64,000 bases of DNA from Meiothermus sp. (GTDB lineage Bacteria; Deinococcota; Deinococci; Deinococcales; Thermaceae), in NCBI GenBank assembly GCA_033762915.1, contig JANRLD010000042.1, forward strand, positions 128,001-192,000, in the 5' to 3' direction. A model generated the notes under the pieces. It saw only the letters and a program-made list of their open reading frames with translations. It searched no databases and had not been told where the DNA came from. Positions 29,208 through 38,788 of this stretch are shown here, piece by piece. A program made the position numbers and the translations under genes. The stretch's first letter is position 1. Each line of letters begins with the position of its first letter.

Positions 29208-29813
29208 TCACCCGGCCTGCCACATCATCACCACCACCACCAGCGTCCCGGCCAGTGCGGTGAGCATCGCGGCCCTGCGGGTCTTCTTGAAGAACAGCGA
29301 GAGGGTGAGGCCGGTCAGGGCCACCAGCAGCAGGAAGCCGCCCGAGAGGTCGATCAGCCAGGCCCACGCACTCCCGGCGTCGCGGCCCCGGTGCAGGTCG
29401 TTGAGCACCGCCACCGGGCCCTGGGCGGTCACCTTGAGCGTGTAGCTGCCGTCCTTAATGCTGATGAAGGCGTCGGCGGCGTAGGCCGGTGCGCGGAAGC
29501 TGATCGAGGCCTCCTGATCGTCGGCGCGGGTGTCGCTGACGCTGCCCTTGAGGTTGTACCTGGCCCGCAGCGTCTCGGCGGTCTCGAGCCAGTTGACCTG
29601 CGAGTTCCGCTGCCAGCTTTCGGGCAGGGTGCCCTGGTAGCTGCTGACCCGCTCGGTGCTGCCGAAGAGCCAGTCGGGGTGGTTGAGGGTGACGCCAGTA
29701 GCGGCGAAGAACAGCACCACCAGCAGGCTGATCATCGAGGTGTAGAGGTGCAGCCAGCGGGTCAGGGCGTAGACCTGTGTCCGGAGGGGGTGGTGGGGCT
29801 TGGTCTTCTGCAT
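29208..29813 (-). CDS. PepSY-associated TM helix protein
   Basis: RWLHLYTSM, FFAATGVTLNH, LNDLHRGRDAG, WLID. Confidence 0.85.
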   Translation of the reverse strand: MQKTKPHHPLRTQVYALTRWLHLYTSMISLLVVLFFAATGVTLNHPDWLFGSTERVSSYQGTLPESWQRNSQVNWLETAETLRARYNLKGSVSDTRADDQEASISFRAPAYAADAFISIKDGSYTLKVTAQGPVAVLNDLHRGRDAGSAWAWLIDLSGGFLLLVALTGLTLSLFFKKTRRAAMLTALAGTLVVVVMMWQAG

Positions 29814-29829
29814 GGCCTCGGTTCCGCCC

Positions 29830-30360
29830 CTATTTACCATAGGTGAGCGTCACCTCCTTGAGCTCACTGCCCACGGCGTAGGTCTTGCGGAGGTCGGCCG
29901 GGCCCAGCGCCACCTTCTCGCGGAACAGCTCGTAGGGGCCGTGCTCCCGGGCCATCTCCACGCACACGTAGTAGTCGCCCTGGGGCATCAGGTTGCCCCA
30001 GTCGTCCTTGCAGTTCCAGCTCAGGGTGTAGACGCCAGACATGCGGGTGGAGCCGGTCACGGTAGGGTCCATATCGTCGTTGCGGTACCAGCGGCGCAAC
30101 TCGTTGAGCCAGCGTTGCCCCCGGCCCGAGCGGTCGAACCACAGGGCCAGCTCGCGCACCGGCTTCCCCTGGGCGTTCTCGACCCACACCGCCACGTAGG
30201 GCGCGCGGTTGCGCCCGCCGCTGGGGATGGCGATCTCGAAGTTGATCTCGAGTTTTCCGCCAAGCTTGGCCTGGGCCAGGCCCTTGCCCGCCCACAGCGT
30301 AAGCACCAGACCTGACGCTCGATAGATGAAGCTTCTCCGGCTGATATGGCTCTTCTTCAT
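29830..30360 (-). CDS. DUF2271 domain protein with Tat signal
   Basis: SRRSFI twin-arginine motif; PYVAVWVE, WLNELRRW, TGSTR, EMAREHG. Confidence 0.85.
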   Translation of the reverse strand: MKKSHISRRSFIYRASGLVLTLWAGKGLAQAKLGGKLEINFEIAIPSGGRNRAPYVAVWVENAQGKPVRELALWFDRSGRGQRWLNELRRWYRNDDMDPTVTGSTRMSGVYTLSWNCKDDWGNLMPQGDYYVCVEMAREHGPYELFREKVALGPADLRKTYAVGSELKEVTLTYGK

Positions 30361-30364
30361 AGGA

Positions 30365-31267
30365 TTACCTCAGTCGCTTGAGCCCCTGACTGCCCCACTG
30401 CCTTCCGTCCGCGTCAACGATCAGGGCGTCCGCCCCGCACCGCTCTGCCAGAGCCTGGCCTTCTTCGGGCTCGAGCACGCACAGCGCGGTCGCCAGCACG
30501 TCGGCGGCGGCGGCGTTCTCGGCGACCACGGTGGCCTGGGCCACGCGCCCCACCGGCCGGGCAGTGCGCGGGTCGAAGAGGTGCCGCCCGCGCTGGGTGT
30601 GGCCGCTGGTGGCGACGCCTCGGTCGCGGACGCGAAGTCGGGCGATGGTGGGGGCGTTGTCGGCCCGCGAGAAGGGGTGGGCGACAGAGACCTCGAGGGC
30701 GTTTTCCCCCTGGTGACACAGGTCGCCCCCCAGGTTAACCATCACCCCCCGAACCCCCTCGATGCGCAGCGCGGCCGCGGCCGCGCGGTCGGCGATGTGC
30801 CCCTTGGCGAACGAGTTGAAGTTGAGGCTGAGGGCGGTGAGCCTGACGGGGCGGCCGTTCTCCCAGCCCCACAGCGGGGCCTGCAGGGCGGTGTGGATGG
30901 GCTCGAGTTCGGCCTCGTCTGGGTCGGGGTTGCGCCGGTGCAGGTTCTGCACCGCGTCCACCGCCGGGTTGAAGGCCCCGCCGGTCCGCTCCATCCAGCG
31001 CTCGGCCTCGAGCAGCAGCCAGGCCAAATCTGGCGAAACTTCCGCCAGTTGGCCCTGCTGCCAGCGGTTCAGCTCGCTGTCCGGCAGGAAGCGGCTGTAG
31101 ACGGCCTCGAGGCGCTCAATCTCGGCGAGCGCCTGGGCCTCGGCCTTCTGTGCAGCCTGACGGCTCGCGCCAAGAACTTGAAGCTCGAGGGCCGTCCCCA
31201 GCACACCCTCGAACCGGGCGTGGTGCCGATAGGGCTGTCTCAGGGCGCTGATAAAGGCGAGGGGCAT
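30365..31267 (-). CDS. apbE: FAD:protein FMN transferase
   Basis: LGT, SELNR, FAKGHIAD, VNLGGDL, VATSG, HLFDPRT, ADVLATA. Confidence 0.9.
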   Translation of the reverse strand: MPLAFISALRQPYRHHARFEGVLGTALELQVLGASRQAAQKAEAQALAEIERLEAVYSRFLPDSELNRWQQGQLAEVSPDLAWLLLEAERWMERTGGAFNPAVDAVQNLHRRNPDPDEAELEPIHTALQAPLWGWENGRPVRLTALSLNFNSFAKGHIADRAAAAALRIEGVRGVMVNLGGDLCHQGENALEVSVAHPFSRADNAPTIARLRVRDRGVATSGHTQRGRHLFDPRTARPVGRVAQATVVAENAAAADVLATALCVLEPEEGQALAERCGADALIVDADGRQWGSQGLKRLR

Positions 31268-31483
31268 AAGAGGTCTCTTAACCGCCGGACAGTATCCGGG
31301 CCAAAGGTAACTGTACGGTAAACGGAATGTGTAGGTTTGGTGAAGGGGAAGCTATTTGAGGGCGGTCCTGACGAACTCGAGCAGCAAAGGCTTTGTCCTA
31401 AACTGCAAAACGCTGCCCAGGAACGCCACGGTTGCCCCCGCTGATCTCGCACACCCTGGCGCAACTTGGTTGCCTGCGCTACT

Positions 31484-32203
31484 TCAAAGGTTCAGCCCAA
31501 TGTCGAACGTCGTGGCGTAGCCCGAGCCGCTAGGGGTAAGGCTGAGCAGGAGTTGGGAGCCACCGTTGCGGTAGATGTTGTCGGTGGCGTTGCGGGTGCG
31601 GCTGCCTGGTTTGGCGTAAGGGGCCTGGGCCAGCACGCGGTCGTTGAGGGACTCCTCGAAGAAGAGCTGGGAGGTAAAGTCGCGGCCCTGGAAGCGGATT
31701 TTGAAGTGGATGTGGACGGCGCGGCCCGGATACCAGCCGGGGTAGATGGTCTGGAACTGCGCGATGCCCTGGGCGCCCGTGGTCTGAAAGCCGCGCAGCC
31801 ACTTCTGCCCGCGGGTGTCGCCGAAGCGGTCCCGCACGTCGGAGTAAAGGCCCTCAGCGTCGCAGTGCCAGATGTCCACGATTGCGCCGGGGAGCGGAGC
31901 GCAGCCGCTACTGGCGACCCTCGAGACCAGGAACCTCAGGGTCAGCGGCACCCCTGGCCTTACCGTGCCGGTGGCCGGGTCGGAGCGCACGTCCGAGCGG
32001 TTAAGCTTCTCGTCCACGAAGTAGGGCCCCTCGGTCATGGCGGGCCGTACGATGCACGCGGGCAGGGTGTTGCCCTGCGCCACGACCTGCTGCCCCTGGC
32101 TGCCCACCAGCCCCGCTGCGCCTGCCAGCCCGCCCAGACCCAGCGCAGCCAGCACCTTTCTGCGGTTGAGTATTTTGCCAATGGGTTTGTCGTCGTTATC
32201 CAT
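31484..32203 (-). CDS. Tat-exported intradiol ring-cleavage dioxygenase-like protein
   Basis: NRRKVL Tat motif; EGPYF, DIWHCDAEGLYS, LRGFQTT, YPGWYPGRAVHIH. Confidence 0.88.
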   Translation of the reverse strand: MDNDDKPIGKILNRRKVLAALGLGGLAGAAGLVGSQGQQVVAQGNTLPACIVRPAMTEGPYFVDEKLNRSDVRSDPATGTVRPGVPLTLRFLVSRVASSGCAPLPGAIVDIWHCDAEGLYSDVRDRFGDTRGQKWLRGFQTTGAQGIAQFQTIYPGWYPGRAVHIHFKIRFQGRDFTSQLFFEESLNDRVLAQAPYAKPGSRTRNATDNIYRNGGSQLLLSLTPSGSGYATTFDIGLNL

Positions 32204-32334
32204 AGCTGCTCCTTGGGAGGCTGAAAGGTACACAGAAGGCGGTCTAAATTGGCCCCTACCTTACACCCCTGCTTATACCTTTGCCCATCTCGGTTAGAGC
32301 CGGGTATGCCATAGCACCCGTGTTGGTGCCCGCT

Positions 32335-32613
32335 TTAGCGCCCGAGTGCCTTCCGGATGGCCTCAAATTCGTCGGGGCTGATCTCGCCCTTGGCGAAGCG
32401 CTCGCGGGCGATCTCGAGGGCCCTGTCGGTGCTCGGAGGCGTGGGGGTGCTGCTCGCCGGGCTGCGCAGCAGCCGCACGACCAGCACCACCACCAGCGTC
32501 AGCAGGCCCAAGAGCAGCAGCGCCCAGAGTAAGTCGTCGGCCAGGCCCCAGCCGCCGTAGCTGTACCCAGGCCCGAAGTTTCCGAAATTCCCGCGGTCGT
32601 GAATCAGGTGCAT
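32335..32613 (-). CDS. SHOCT domain membrane protein
   Basis: One TM segment followed by ALEIARERFAKGEISPDEF; RBS AAGGAG. Confidence 0.85.
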   Translation of the reverse strand: MHLIHDRGNFGNFGPGYSYGGWGLADDLLWALLLLGLLTLVVVLVVRLLRSPASSTPTPPSTDRALEIARERFAKGEISPDEFEAIRKALGR

Positions 32614-32681
32614 GGTAGCTCCTTACATCAACCGGGGCCGGCGGAGGGAGGAGGTTCCCCGCCGGCCCCAGGCCCGACGCT

Positions 32682-33176
32682 TTAGCGGTGGCGGCCCTGG
32701 CCGCGCCCGCCCTCACCGCCGGGGCCGCCCCGACCGTCACGGTCACCGCCGGGCCCGAAGCGCATCTGCACCGGCTGGGCCACCAGGGCCTTGACCACGG
32801 CGGCGCTGCTGGCCTTGAGGGTGGTGGCCTGCGCGGCGGTGATGCGCTGGGCCTGCACCTGCTGGTCGATCCCCGTGTTGCGGGCGGTGACCAGGGCGGC
32901 CTCGAGGGCGGCAGAGGTCTTGCCCAGGTCGGCGGCGATCTGCGCCAGGGTCTTGGTGCCGTTGCTCAGCAGACCCAACTCGGGCGGGGTCACTCCCAGG
33001 AACTGCGCGGCGGCCATGTACAGGTTGCCCGCCCCGGCCCCGCGCTGCTGCAACTGGCGCTGCTGGGGATTCTGGTTGCCGGGGGCCTGCTGGGGGTTGG
33101 CCGGGGCGTTCTGGGCGAAGGCCCCACCAACGGCCAAGCTCGAGGCGATCAACAGGGCTTTGACGGTTTTGGTCAT
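32682..33176 (-). CDS. Secreted hypothetical protein
   Basis: Signal peptide ending AFA; AQFLGVT..EL...GTKTLAQIA helical motif; Gly/Arg-rich tail; RBS AAAGGAG. Confidence 0.8.
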   Translation of the reverse strand: MTKTVKALLIASSLAVGGAFAQNAPANPQQAPGNQNPQQRQLQQRGAGAGNLYMAAAQFLGVTPPELGLLSNGTKTLAQIAADLGKTSAALEAALVTARNTGIDQQVQAQRITAAQATTLKASSAAVVKALVAQPVQMRFGPGGDRDGRGGPGGEGGRGQGRHR

Positions 33177-33387
33177 AGTGTTCTCCTTTGGGTAGCTTCG
33201 GGATGTGCTCCGAAGTTGGCCAAAGGATAGGGCGAAGGCGGTGAAAGGTGCGGGGAAGGAATGTGAAAGTTTGAAGAAAGGCGGGAATCGGGTGGTGGGA
33301 CAGATAAGCGTGAGGGGCGCCGGGTCAAGCGCGCAAAAGCTTCAGACGCCTCATCGCGGTTCCCGCCCTCAGGCTCCACCCAGTAAT

Positions 33388-33493
33388 GCGCTAAAGCGAG
33401 CGCTAAAGCGAACGCTAAAGTCTGTAGGATCTACCCCGACAGTCCAGTCTATTGCTAAACCGACCTCCCCTCACTTTCGGGAGGGGAGGTCGG
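33388..33493. repeat. 12-bp GCGCTAAAGCGA tandem (about three units) plus a REP-like hairpin
   Basis: Units at 33388-33420; 13-bp perfect stem CCGACCTCCCCTC/GAGGGGAGGTCGG at 33460-33493. Confidence 0.75.
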
Positions 33494-33514
33494 GAGTGGG
33501 GGAGATGGCGAGCC

Positions 33515-34171
33515 CTACCGCCCCTCAATCAAGGTGGCCTCGATGCGCCCGAAGTCGCGCCCAAAAACCACCCTGACCGGGGTGCGGCGGGCGTCGTTGC
33601 GGAACCAGGCCTCGACGGCCAGGCCGTCCCTGGCGAAGCGGTAGCCCAGCAGGCCGTTGTTGCCGCTCACCGCCTCGATGCGGCCCTGCACCAGGCCGGG
33701 GAAGTCGGCGAAGTTGAGCATCCTGGTCTCGGGTTTAGCCCGCAGGAAGTAGATGATCGAGATGTCGTCCAAGACCTGCTCGCTGGGGTTGCGCCAGTTG
33801 CCCTTCTTGCCGTCGGGGTAGGTGACATTGGCCCAGCAGCCCGCGTCTTCCTGGCGCTGGAAGACCAGCCGGGTGGTGCCCTTGAAGGGCTCGGTGAGGT
33901 TCTTGGTGAAGCGGTCGGTGAAGAAGTCGCCGCCCATCTGGCTCTCGACCTCGAGGCCATACCCGCTCACCGCCATCACCCCGGTGGTCTCGAGCTTGCC
34001 CCGCAGCAGCCAGCCGCCGCCCGCGGACTCAGCGCTGAAGGTCAGCCGCCCCACCCCCACGCCCTGCCACGCGACCTGATACACCAGCCGCTCACCCGAG
34101 GCCCAGGGCGCGCTTTGCGCCCAGCCCAGCGACACCAACACCACCAATCCCAGCCAGACGGCCCGTGCCAT
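33515..34171 (-). CDS. Secreted DUF3108-like protein
   Basis: Signal peptide; GERLVYQVAWQGVGVG; DDISIIYFLR; C-terminal PVRV...GRIEATL. Confidence 0.7.
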   Translation of the reverse strand: MARAVWLGLVVLVSLGWAQSAPWASGERLVYQVAWQGVGVGRLTFSAESAGGGWLLRGKLETTGVMAVSGYGLEVESQMGGDFFTDRFTKNLTEPFKGTTRLVFQRQEDAGCWANVTYPDGKKGNWRNPSEQVLDDISIIYFLRAKPETRMLNFADFPGLVQGRIEAVSGNNGLLGYRFARDGLAVEAWFRNDARRTPVRVVFGRDFGRIEATLIEGR

Positions 34172-34263
34172 AGAGTTAGGCTTAAGGATACGACGGTTTG
34201 TTCCGGGGATGGGGTTAGGTCAGGGGTGAAGGGGTGTTACATTGCGACTAGTTAAGATTATAT

Positions 34264-34380
34264 GAGAGCGATTTCCAAGAACACTTCGGTACGGCGGTTT
34301 TTGCCAGACCGAGTGCACTACTCCGCTTTAGCGCACGCTTTAGCGCCGTACCTGGGCGGAGTATGGGTGGGAAACGCGAT
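34264..34380. repeat. Dispersed modular repeat (same family as 57406-57700)
   Basis: Shares ACCGAGTRCACTACTCCGC, CGCTTTAGCGCA units and TGGGCGGAGTATGGGTGGGAAACGCGAT with the reverse complement of 57406-57652. Confidence 0.8.
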
Positions 34381-34480
34381 GAGAATCGGCGGACACGGTA
34401 AATACGTGCCTGGGCGGAGCGGCTACCCGAGGCGCAATTCCATGCGGGCGTTGGCGGGCGGTAGGTCGCAATGCAGACTA

Positions 34481-35035
34481 TTAGGCTTGGGCCTCGAGCC
34501 CCCCCAGCAGCGCTTCCAGCCCGCGCTCGAGACCGCCCTGGGGACCGCTGGGGCCGAACATGCCGGAACGCTCGAGCACCGCGAAGCCGTGCAGCAGCGA
34601 CCACAGCGCCACCGCGGCAGCGGTGTCGTCGGGGTTGCCGGTGACGTTGCCCACCAGGCTCAGCACCAGACCCCAGAGGTCCTTGCCTGCGCCGGGGGTG
34701 GAGGGCAGGCCGACTTTCTCGGTGAGGAGGGCGTATAGCTCGGGGTGTCGGCGGGCGAACTCGAGGTAGGCCCGGCCCGCTGCCAGCACCGCCTGTCTGC
34801 CCGAGCCCTGCTGGGCGGCCTGCCCGATGTGCCGCCGCAAGATGATCGCCGCCTGTTCGCTCAGGGCCCGCTCGAGGGCCTCCTTGTCGGCGTAGTGGCG
34901 GTAGAGGCTGGGGGCCCTGACCCCCAGGCGCTCGGCCAGGTTTCGCATCGAGAGGGCCGCCGACCCTTCCTGCTCGAGCAGCTCGAGGGCAGCCTCGAGA
35001 ATGGCCTGCGGGCTGATCTGGGCGGGGTAGGGCAT
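34481..35035 (-). CDS. TetR/AcrR-family regulator (WHG-type C-terminus)
   Basis: LSMRNLAERLGVRAPSLYRHY; WSLLHGF. Confidence 0.9.
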   Translation of the reverse strand: MPYPAQISPQAILEAALELLEQEGSAALSMRNLAERLGVRAPSLYRHYADKEALERALSEQAAIILRRHIGQAAQQGSGRQAVLAAGRAYLEFARRHPELYALLTEKVGLPSTPGAGKDLWGLVLSLVGNVTGNPDDTAAAVALWSLLHGFAVLERSGMFGPSGPQGGLERGLEALLGGLEAQA

Positions 35036-35101
35036 ATGGGAACAGTGTACGCCGCAACGGGGCGGGCGTGCGGAGCCGGCGAGTGCGACAGGCACGCGCC
35101 T

Positions 35102-38100
35102 TTACGCCCGCTTGCTCATCGCCCAGGCCACGAAGCGGTTGGCTACGAAGCGGGCAGCGTAGTCTTTGGGCAGGCCCTGGGCCAACTGGCGCAGGGCGGC
35201 CTGGGTCTGTTCGAGCAGACCCTGACCCTCCTTATCGCCCAGCGCCCTGGCACGGGCGTAGAGCACTAGGGGGGTGTCGTAGAGGTTCATGGCCCAGGGG
35301 GCGTGGAGCTGGTAGGCGCGGGCGCTGGCCTCGAGGGCTTCTCGGCGCTTGCCCTGGCGCAGATAGGCCAGGGTTAGGCCGGAGAGCGAGCGGGCCTGGT
35401 GGCGGTCCTCGCGGCGGTCGGCCCAGATGTCTACCGAGTGCTGCTGCAACTGGCGGCTGGCCTCGAAGTCGCCCCGCTCGAGCAGGGTGTAGCCCAGGAA
35501 GAACAGGCTGTGGCCCAGCATGGCCTTCTCGCCCATCTGGCCGAAGTCCTCGAGGGCGGCCCGCAGCTCGGCCTCGGCGTCGGTCAGGCGGTTCTCGGTC
35601 AGGTAGGCCATGCCCAGATTCAGGCGCAGGAGGGCCAGGTCGCGCTTGGAACCCAGCTCGGCGGCCTGGGCCATGGCCTCGCGGGCGGCGGCCTCGAGGC
35701 CCGGCTCCAGGCCGAAGATGGCCGCCCCCAGCAGCTCGAGCTGCAAGGCGTCCCACAGCGCCCACCAGTCACCGCGCTCCCGCGCCTCGGCCTCGATCTG
35801 CCGCGCCAGCTCGAGGCTGCCGATGTAGTCGCCCTTTATCATCCCCACCAGGCCCTTGTCGGCCCGCAGGCGGCGCAGCAGCAGGGCGTCCTCCATCTCG
35901 CTGGCCAGTTGCCAGGCGCGGTTATAGGCCCGCTGGTGCTGCCCCAGGTCGCCCAGGCGGAACCAGTAGCCCGAGAGGTTGCGCACCGCCAGGGCCTCCA
36001 TCGCGGTGTCCCCGGCGGCCTCGAAGCTGCGGATGGCCTCGTTCAGCGGGCCGAGCTGGGCGTCGGGGTTGCCGCCCCGGTACTCCAGCCAGGCCAGCTT
36101 GAACAGGGCGTGGCCGCGCTGGGTGGGGCTCTGGGCCAGCTCGAGGGCCTCCCCCACCGCCGCGATGCCCTCCTCGACCTGCCCCGAGGCCAGCGCCGCA
36201 TCGGCGTCCAGCAGGTACAGCCGGAAGCGCTCCGAGGCCCCCAGCTCGAGGGCCAGCCGCTGGAGCTGGCGGCGCTCGTTGAAGTGGGCCTGGCCCAGGG
36301 CCACGCGGGTCTCGGCGGTCTCGATCAGGAGTCGGAAGCGCTCGGCGTCGGGGAGGTCGGGCGGCAGCAGGTCTTGGGCCTTGTGGAAATGCTCGAGGGC
36401 CTGGGTGGCCAGCGGCCCCCGGCGCAGGGCCCTGGCCGCGCTGAGGTGGGCCGCGAAGGCCTCGGAGCGCTGCCCGGCGGCCTCGAGGTGCAGCGCCAGC
36501 TGCGAGAGCGAGCCGCCGGTCTGGCGCAGGACCTGGGCGATGCGCAGGTGCAGCCAGCCCTTGCGCGACGGGCTCAACTCGGCCAGCACGGCCTGGCGGG
36601 CCAGCTCGTGCCGCAGGGCGTAGCCCGCGTCGTCCAGCCGTAGGAAGCCGCCGCCTTGCAGCAGATCGAGGTCGCCCAGGCTGGCTCCCAATTGGCTCCC
36701 CAGGCTCACCACCGCCTCCGGTGAGAGCGGGAAGTCGGCCAGCGCGATGGCCTGCACCATCCCCTTGGCGGCCTCGCCCAGGTTGCGCAGGCGGCCCAGC
36801 AGGGCCTCGCGCACGCTAGGCGGCACCGGCAGTTCGCGGTAGTCGGTGGTGAACTGGTCGAAGGGGGTGTGCCAGGCCGAGCGCTCCGAGCGCAGCAGCC
36901 CTTTTTCAAACAGGTAGCGCAGGGTCTCGAGGACGAAGTAGACGTTGCCCTCGGTGGCCCGGTAGAGCCGCTCGGCGAACAACTCGCCGCCCTCCTGCTG
37001 CCCCGAGAGCTGGCGCAGCAGTTGGATCAGGCTGGGCAGGCTGAGGGCCTCGAGGACGCGCAGGTGCAGCCGCCCCTCGGCGCGCAGCTCGTGCAGGGCC
37101 GCGCCCAGGCCGCCCTCGCCCCGGCTGGTGGCGATCACTGCGAAGCCCAGCGCACCGGCCCGCCGCACCAGGTAGGGCAGGAACTCGAGGCTGGCCCAGT
37201 CCAGCCAGTGCAGGTCCTCCCACAGCAGCACCCCGCCGGGCCGCACCGCCAGCTGCACCGCGCGGGTCAGGGCCTCGAACAGCCGGGCCTTGCCGCCTTC
37301 GCCCTGTGGCTGCGGCGTCCCCAGCTCGGGCAACAAGGGGGCCAGGGCCTCGCGCCAGGTGGGCTCGAGGGCGTTCAGCCGGCCCGCCTCGAGGGCCTGC
37401 CGCAGGGCCTCCAGCAGCCCCCCGAAGCCGATGCCCTGCCCGCTCTCGCGCTGCACTGCCCGCAGCACCTCGCAGGGGCCACCGCCCACCCGGTAGCGGC
37501 TGTACTCCTGGGCCAGGCGGCTCTTGCCCACGCCCGCCTCACCCAGGAGCAGCAGCAGCCCCTGCCCGAAGCGCCGCTCCAGCCAGTCCCAGTCCTCGGC
37601 CCGGCCCACCAGCGGCGGCTCGACCAGGGCCGGGGTGGGCTCCCCGGCGGTGGCTGGGTGCACCTCCTGGCCGGCCCGCAGCCGTTCGACCATCTGCCGG
37701 GTCTCGGGGCTGGGCTCGAGGCCCAGTTGCGAGCGCAGCAGCTCGCAGTACTGCTCGAACTGCTTGAGGGCCGCGCCGCGCTCGCCCTTGAGGAAGAGCA
37801 GCCGGATGGCGGCCTGCTGGAGGGCCTCCTGCAGGGGGTCTTGGGCCAGCAGGGCCTGGTACTGGCGCAGGGCCTCGGCGTAGTTGCCGCCCGCCTCGAG
37901 GTTCCTCGCCAGCCCCAGCACCGCCTCGCGGTACAGCCCCTCCCAGCGCTCGCGCTCGGGGATCAGCCAGTCCCAGAAGGGCTCTGGGGCCTTGGGGTCG
38001 AACCCCGCCAAAAAGCCCCCCCGCCACAGCGCGGTGGCCTCGGCCCAGGCCCCCCGCGAGAGGTGCAGCAGGAACTGATCGAGGTCGCTGCCCACGTCCC

Positions 38101-38362
38101 CCAGGGTGAGGGTCTGGGGGCTCTGCACCACCACCTCCTCCCACACCGTCCCCTTGAGCCGGAACAGCTCCTGCCGCAGGTTTCGCCGCACCGACTCCTC
38201 GTCGCCCTCCCACAGCAGGTCGGCCACCTTGGAGCGCTCGAGGGCGGTCTTCTGCACCGCCAGATAGGCCGCCATCGCCATCGCCTTGCGCGGCACCTGG
38301 GTCACCAGCTTTTCCCCCTCGAATAGCTGCGGGGGGCCGAGGAGGGAGAGGTGGAGGGTCAT
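35102..38362 (-). CDS. BTAD (SARP-like) + AAA ATPase + TPR transcriptional regulator
   Basis: LSLLGPP, NLRQELFRL, DPLQE, LGLEPSPET, Walker A GEAGVGKS, EDLHWLD, TEGN, TPR-like C-terminus. Confidence 0.88.
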   Translation of the reverse strand: MTLHLSLLGPPQLFEGEKLVTQVPRKAMAMAAYLAVQKTALERSKVADLLWEGDEESVRRNLRQELFRLKGTVWEEVVVQSPQTLTLGDVGSDLDQFLLHLSRGAWAEATALWRGGFLAGFDPKAPEPFWDWLIPERERWEGLYREAVLGLARNLEAGGNYAEALRQYQALLAQDPLQEALQQAAIRLLFLKGERGAALKQFEQYCELLRSQLGLEPSPETRQMVERLRAGQEVHPATAGEPTPALVEPPLVGRAEDWDWLERRFGQGLLLLLGEAGVGKSRLAQEYSRYRVGGGPCEVLRAVQRESGQGIGFGGLLEALRQALEAGRLNALEPTWREALAPLLPELGTPQPQGEGGKARLFEALTRAVQLAVRPGGVLLWEDLHWLDWASLEFLPYLVRRAGALGFAVIATSRGEGGLGAALHELRAEGRLHLRVLEALSLPSLIQLLRQLSGQQEGGELFAERLYRATEGNVYFVLETLRYLFEKGLLRSERSAWHTPFDQFTTDYRELPVPPSVREALLGRLRNLGEAAKGMVQAIALADFPLSPEAVVSLGSQLGASLGDLDLLQGGGFLRLDDAGYALRHELARQAVLAELSPSRKGWLHLRIAQVLRQTGGSLSQLALHLEAAGQRSEAFAAHLSAARALRRGPLATQALEHFHKAQDLLPPDLPDAERFRLLIETAETRVALGQAHFNERRQLQRLALELGASERFRLYLLDADAALASGQVEEGIAAVGEALELAQSPTQRGHALFKLAWLEYRGGNPDAQLGPLNEAIRSFEAAGDTAMEALAVRNLSGYWFRLGDLGQHQRAYNRAWQLASEMEDALLLRRLRADKGLVGMIKGDYIGSLELARQIEAEARERGDWWALWDALQLELLGAAIFGLEPGLEAAAREAMAQAAELGSKRDLALLRLNLGMAYLTENRLTDAEAELRAALEDFGQMGEKAMLGHSLFFLGYTLLERGDFEASRQLQQHSVDIWADRREDRHQARSLSGLTLAYLRQGKRREALEASARAYQLHAPWAMNLYDTPLVLYARARALGDKEGQGLLEQTQAALRQLAQGLPKDYAARFVANRFVAWAMSKRA

Positions 38363-38788
38363 GAGGGCAAGAGGGAAGAGGGCGGCAAAGATGGGAGGAA
38401 AAACGAAAGAGGCGAGGGGAAACCAGGGGCAACAGCACGGACCGAGACGACGCCAAACCCGGCCCCCTTCTGGACGCTGGGATTGCGGGCGGTTTTTCCC
38501 GCAATCAGAGTATGGCGGGCATCAGGGGGGGGCGCAAGGCGCAGGGTTAGGTGATCTGCCGAGACAGGCCCCCGAGAACCTTGGGGGGGTAGTCTCCTCC
38601 AAAACAACAAACCGGTGACCGGAACCTGCCGGCGGAAGCGCTCCGCCTCAGAGATGGCCGACCACCGACGGCCCAACGGCTCAGACGCTCGAGGCCCGCG
38701 GCCCCGAACCCCTCCCTTCCCCCTCTTCCCTCTTCCCTCTACTGAAGGCGGCATAGACTCGAGACAGGCGGTTGAAAGGCAAATATAC

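Noticed and set aside
34262..34738. 158-aa plus-strand ORF, and short ORFs at 57225-57976
   Set aside because: Read through the non-coding repeat family and antisense to real genes; shared peptide strings merely reflect the DNA repeat
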